Assembly: GCA_047284725.1 (NCBI GenBank)
Contig: JBJBEO010000001.1
Coordinates: forward strand, 2,200,203-2,264,202
DNA from: Synechococcus sp.
GTDB lineage: Bacteria > Cyanobacteriota > Cyanobacteriia > PCC-6307 > Cyanobiaceae
Direction of reading: 5' to 3'
Length of the DNA stretch: 64,000 bases
In this document: positions 60,756-64,000 of the stretch, in pieces
Position numbering within the stretch: position 1 is the stretch's first letter
How the letters are laid out: each line of letters begins with the position of its first letter
Notes under the pieces: generated by a model
The model's database searches: none
Told to the model about the DNA's origin: nothing
Seen by the model: the letters and a program-made list of their open reading frames with translations, nothing else
Program-made: the position numbers and the translations under genes

Positions 60756-61479
60756 TCTTGAGACAGGCAGATCGAAGCCGTAAGTCGGAATTGAGGGATG
60801 AATAGGCGCGGTATATAAATCTACTATAACCTTCGCTTACTTTACGAGCACCATGAGAAACATCAGTGTCAAACATCAAAACATCTCCTGCTGAGAACGA
60901 TCTCGGGAGATATGATTCGGAATTTTCGTCAGACAAGATGGTTGATCTATTATCTATAGAGTCGTATAAACCACCTGTACGATTCAATGATTCTAGAGAT
61001 AAAACTCTAGTCATTTTATTCGTTATATGGGTATTAGGTATGATTTTAATTGGGCCAGCATCATAGGGTGTCTCTGTAAGATACACCCATGTTTTTATAG
61101 AACGGAGCCTGTCCCAATGAAGAACATTGCTGGGGGGATTGTTCGATGGAAAGGTTTGCTGTGAAATAAGCTGACGGTTAAACGCAATGTGAAATGGGGA
61201 TACATTGAAGGCTTTTGAAATAGTTTTGAGAAAAAAGGGATTAAAAAAGAAGCGAGTGGTATAAAGAAACTTATTTACATTTAATAGGACACGAGGCCTC
61301 TGGATCTGGCCAATTCGAACGGCTTGATCGTGAGAATTATCATATCGATAGGGATGGGCATTTATAATGTAATCGGCTTCTTGCCTAAGATGATGAAGAA
61401 AGTGCTCACCTATTAGCTTGGGAAGATAGCAATACCCATTAGCAATAAGAGAATGAGCGGCTTGGGTGGAGTTCTTCAT
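60736..61479 (-). CDS. Phytanoyl-CoA dioxygenase (PhyH)-like 2OG-Fe(II) oxygenase
   Basis: NGY..LP, HxD motif LHWD, WVYLT, GP..IIPNTH, AGDVLMFD...SHG and a distal Arg. Confidence 0.78.
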   Translation of the reverse strand: MKNSTQAAHSLIANGYCYLPKLIGEHFLHHLRQEADYIINAHPYRYDNSHDQAVRIGQIQRPRVLLNVNKFLYTTRFFFNPFFLKTISKAFNVSPFHIAFNRQLISQQTFPSNNPPSNVLHWDRLRSIKTWVYLTETPYDAGPIKIIPNTHITNKMTRVLSLESLNRTGGLYDSIDNRSTILSDENSESYLPRSFSAGDVLMFDTDVSHGARKVSEGYSRFIYRAYSSLNSDLRLRSACLKNVQYEN

Positions 61480-62207
61480 TTACAAATTCCAAAGAGAGAA
61501 GACTTGAGGCGCAATAACTTTAATAATAACGTTTGATATCTGTAACAAGTGAAGAGTGGGTTCCATCTGAAAAAGTATTTAAAAATAAGCGATAAAAGAA
61601 TAGCATCGCTTATATGAGAGGCAGTTAAAAAATCTTCAGAGTTAGGGTGGAGCTGAAAGTTTTCAGAAATACTTTTTCCAAGGTAAGGCCCTATATGAAC
61701 CTTATCATAGTTAGAAGGATTAGTAAACTCGAAACCTAAATATTTGATTGCAAGAGTACCATTGCAGTCAAACATAATGTCCCCCATAAATAAGGGTGAT
61801 ATGGAATGATATTGCAATAGGGACGTAAATCTAGGCAAGCAACTAACGACGAGACTGTTGATTGTAAAATCCGGAGAGTGAGGAAGCAAAAAATGGGTAG
61901 GCTTGCAATTTGCCATTTTAAGAATATTGAATAGCAAATGAAGTCGGTTAAAAAATAAAGATAGCCTGCGTTCGCGCTCGGAATTAGATACAGATTTAAG
62001 ATCGCGAAAAAAGGGCTCTGAAAAAGAGACAATCTTGCAATCATAAGAGCAAATAAATAAATTGAGAATAAAAATACGTAGAAATAAGTTGAATATAGCA
62101 AAAAAACTAAGTTGACGGAAGTCTCTACCTCGACCCAGATAAAAAGTAGAATCTTTAGATATATAGGAGAGTGAGCGGATGTGAGAATCGCCAAAAATAG
62201 CAATCAT
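61476..62207 (-). CDS. Hypothetical protein, possible SGNH-hydrolase fold
   Basis: N-terminal IAIFGDSH (block I) and late DKVH (DxxH, block V); very AT-rich; abuts its neighbours. Confidence 0.55.
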   Translation of the reverse strand: MIAIFGDSHIRSLSYISKDSTFYLGRGRDFRQLSFFAIFNLFLRIFILNLFICSYDCKIVSFSEPFFRDLKSVSNSERERRLSLFFNRLHLLFNILKMANCKPTHFLLPHSPDFTINSLVVSCLPRFTSLLQYHSISPLFMGDIMFDCNGTLAIKYLGFEFTNPSNYDKVHIGPYLGKSISENFQLHPNSEDFLTASHISDAILLSLIFKYFFRWNPLFTCYRYQTLLLKLLRLKSSLFGICK

Positions 62208-63263
62208 TTAGTAAACCCAGGAGAAATAAAGGAAAGAAAACGCAGCTACAGCCAAGATATACCTGCTGAAATTATTCGCCAATAGACTCATATAGTGAGA
62301 AAGAGAAAGTGTGAGTAAAATAAACTCAAAAGGCCGGGAAAAGCGGGTGGCAAAGTGAAGATTGGATGAAAAAATAATATTAATAATAAGAGAACAAATA
62401 AAGGTAGCGACAAGAATTGTATCAAAACGAGCAGGCCTTAGGTTATTTAAAAAATTAGATCTAGATCGTATTAGCGAACGTAGCAAAGGCACGAGGCATA
62501 ATGCCAATGTAATGAACCCAGTGAAACGTAATCCTTGATACTTTGCAAGTCCCATATAACGAGTTCCCTGTGTCAAAGCAAAGACCTTAAAGAACGAAAT
62601 AGATATACCCAGAATAGGAATAAGGATAAAGATTAATACAATTAAAACTGACACCTGACGGTAACTAAGCTTTCGTGGGATGCGTAATTTGAAAAATAGA
62701 AGATGCTTCAGATTGAGAGCAATTGGGTAAAACAAAATTGCTGACAAAGATTGTATGTGAATGGAAACAGAAAAGAATAGCAATGAAAGTGTTAGGATGA
62801 TATTATCATAGAATGCGAATGCAAGCAAAACAATGCCAAGAGCAGTCCCGCTTCTCTGTTGGAAAACAAAAAGAATTGGAAAGTAAGAGGCAATAATTGT
62901 AGCAAGAGGGACGTAAGATACTGGTCGAAAATAAGACGCAGAAATCACTCTATAGGCGTATGCTATTATCCAAATAACAATTGCATCAAGACAGACATAA
63001 ATAAAGTGGATGTTATCCACAAGAGACTTTAAAAAAAAGACAATGAAAGTGTAACCAGGCTCAACGGATCCAGCACCGGCAAAAAATCCTATTGCACTCT
63101 TAATAATATACTCATAACCTTTAATATTGGTGTTTAGCGGGTGATATATGTAAGTAGCAACACCGGCATAGCAGAAAAATGGAATCGTTATAAGGAATAG
63201 ACGAGAACCTAGGAAGGAGGCAGTTATGAAAAGAAGTGAGCTAAGTAAATATAAACTAGACAT
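62208..63263 (-). CDS. EpsG/Wzy-like polysaccharide polymerase (multi-pass membrane protein)
   Basis: About 9-10 hydrophobic segments; VEPGY, QRSGTALGI and SIHIQS resemble EpsG-family motifs; very AT-rich. Confidence 0.7.
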   Translation of the reverse strand: MSSLYLLSSLLFITASFLGSRLFLITIPFFCYAGVATYIYHPLNTNIKGYEYIIKSAIGFFAGAGSVEPGYTFIVFFLKSLVDNIHFIYVCLDAIVIWIIAYAYRVISASYFRPVSYVPLATIIASYFPILFVFQQRSGTALGIVLLAFAFYDNIILTLSLLFFSVSIHIQSLSAILFYPIALNLKHLLFFKLRIPRKLSYRQVSVLIVLIFILIPILGISISFFKVFALTQGTRYMGLAKYQGLRFTGFITLALCLVPLLRSLIRSRSNFLNNLRPARFDTILVATFICSLIINIIFSSNLHFATRFSRPFEFILLTLSLSHYMSLLANNFSRYILAVAAFSFLYFSWVY

Positions 63264-63267
63264 TTAA

Positions 63268-63999
63268 TCAAGAGAGGCAATCCCATGAAACTCGTTCACC
63301 ACGTTGGATATCCCTGGAGACCTTTTTACCTAGTAACTCCTGATAAAATCTAGGATGGAGACCGAAGCCTGGCCTGATTGCTCTCATATTGGATGATGAG
63401 ATAACCCCACCTTGTTTGATATCTTCAGTGAAGTACAAAGATCTTTTAAAAATAGAGTTACTTTTTTCAGCTTTAGAAGTGCCGTATGAAACATTTCCCA
63501 AGGATGACATAGCATTGATAGTAGAGGCCTTCAAGGCTCTAAGTTGCTGAGGCTCGATGCTGAAATCAGAATCAACACCGCCTAGGTCACGAGAATCAGT
63601 AAAATGTTTTTCAATAAAACACGCGCCTAAAGCCACACTGACAATCGCTGAGGTATTGTCAATTGTGTGGTCGCTTAAACCTACAAGAGTTTGAAATGTT
63701 TGTTGTAAGTTAGGTAATGACATAAGATTCATATCAGAAGGGGAAGCCGGATAAGCACTAGTACATTTCAACAAGATAATTTTAGTGGCTCCTGAGCTGT
63801 GGAGAACCGATAAAGCATCGCTTATCTCACCAATAGAGGCCATACCAGTAGAAACAATGATAGGTTTGTTAGTTCTAGCAACCCTTTTTAAGAGTTCATA
63901 ATCAACAATCTCAAAAGAAGCTATTTTATATGCAGGGCAATTAAAGGATTCTAATAAGTCGACAGACTCAAGATCAAATGGCGAAGAGAAAAGAGTTAT
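63268..63999 (-). CDS. pseI: Pseudaminic acid synthase / NeuB family (5'-truncated by the window)
   Basis: Open frame from the window end: FSSPFD, AYKIASFE, KPIIVSTGMA, LLKCTSAYPA, GLSDHT, IEKHF, GGVDS.FS.EP, and a C-terminal SAF domain (IRPGFGLHP). Confidence 0.85.
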   Translation of the reverse strand: MTLFSSPFDLESVDLLESFNCPAYKIASFEIVDYELLKRVARTNKPIIVSTGMASIGEISDALSVLHSSGATKIILLKCTSAYPASPSDMNLMSLPNLQQTFQTLVGLSDHTIDNTSAIVSVALGACFIEKHFTDSRDLGGVDSDFSIEPQQLRALKASTINAMSSLGNVSYGTSKAEKSNSIFKRSLYFTEDIKQGGVISSSNMRAIRPGFGLHPRFYQELLGKKVSRDIQRGERVSWDCLS

Positions 64000-64000
64000 G

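Noticed and set aside
1..64000. CRISPR array, cas genes, transposases, prophage or reverse transcriptase
   Set aside because: I saw no regularly spaced repeats or diagnostic motifs. The Cas4-like resemblance of the TM0106 protein is not accompanied by other cas genes.

Overview
This window looks like chromosomal DNA from a marine picocyanobacterium, most likely Synechococcus. The evidence is the GC-rich core genes, photosynthesis genes, and gene orders such as cobS-tgt-psbK, ndhCKJ and rubA-ycf48-psbEFLJ. About 1-38.6 kb is mostly conserved core genome: cobS, tgt, psbK, a GH15/phosphorylase-kinase-like protein, a tRNA with a CAU anticodon, pyrE, ygfZ, a TM0106 nuclease, a phosphohexomutase, rdgB, a carotenoid oxygenase, hisB, fabI, a split and a full-length photolyase, folK, chlD, mlaD/mlaF, yvcK, ndhJKC and the psbEFLJ operon. 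A small accessory islet at ~31.6-32.8 kb holds a membrane-protein gene, an unannotated 59-aa ORF and a strongly structured ~270-300 nt candidate non-coding RNA with its own terminator. From ~39 kb to the end is a surface-polysaccharide (LPS/O-antigen-type) locus around hisS that becomes increasingly AT-rich. It contains a HEPN/MNT toxin-antitoxin pair whose toxin has lost its catalytic His, a second decayed HEPN/MNT module, a bacillosamine-type pathway, and an apparently inserted deacetylase / phosphoglycosyltransferase / formyltransferase cassette. It also contains WecC, a heparinase II/III-like protein, a PhyH-type dioxygenase, an SGNH-like protein, a Wzy/EpsG-like polymerase and a truncated pseudaminic acid synthase. 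I saw no CRISPR array, integrase or transposase. All calls come from motif recognition by eye; no database searches or folding computations were run.
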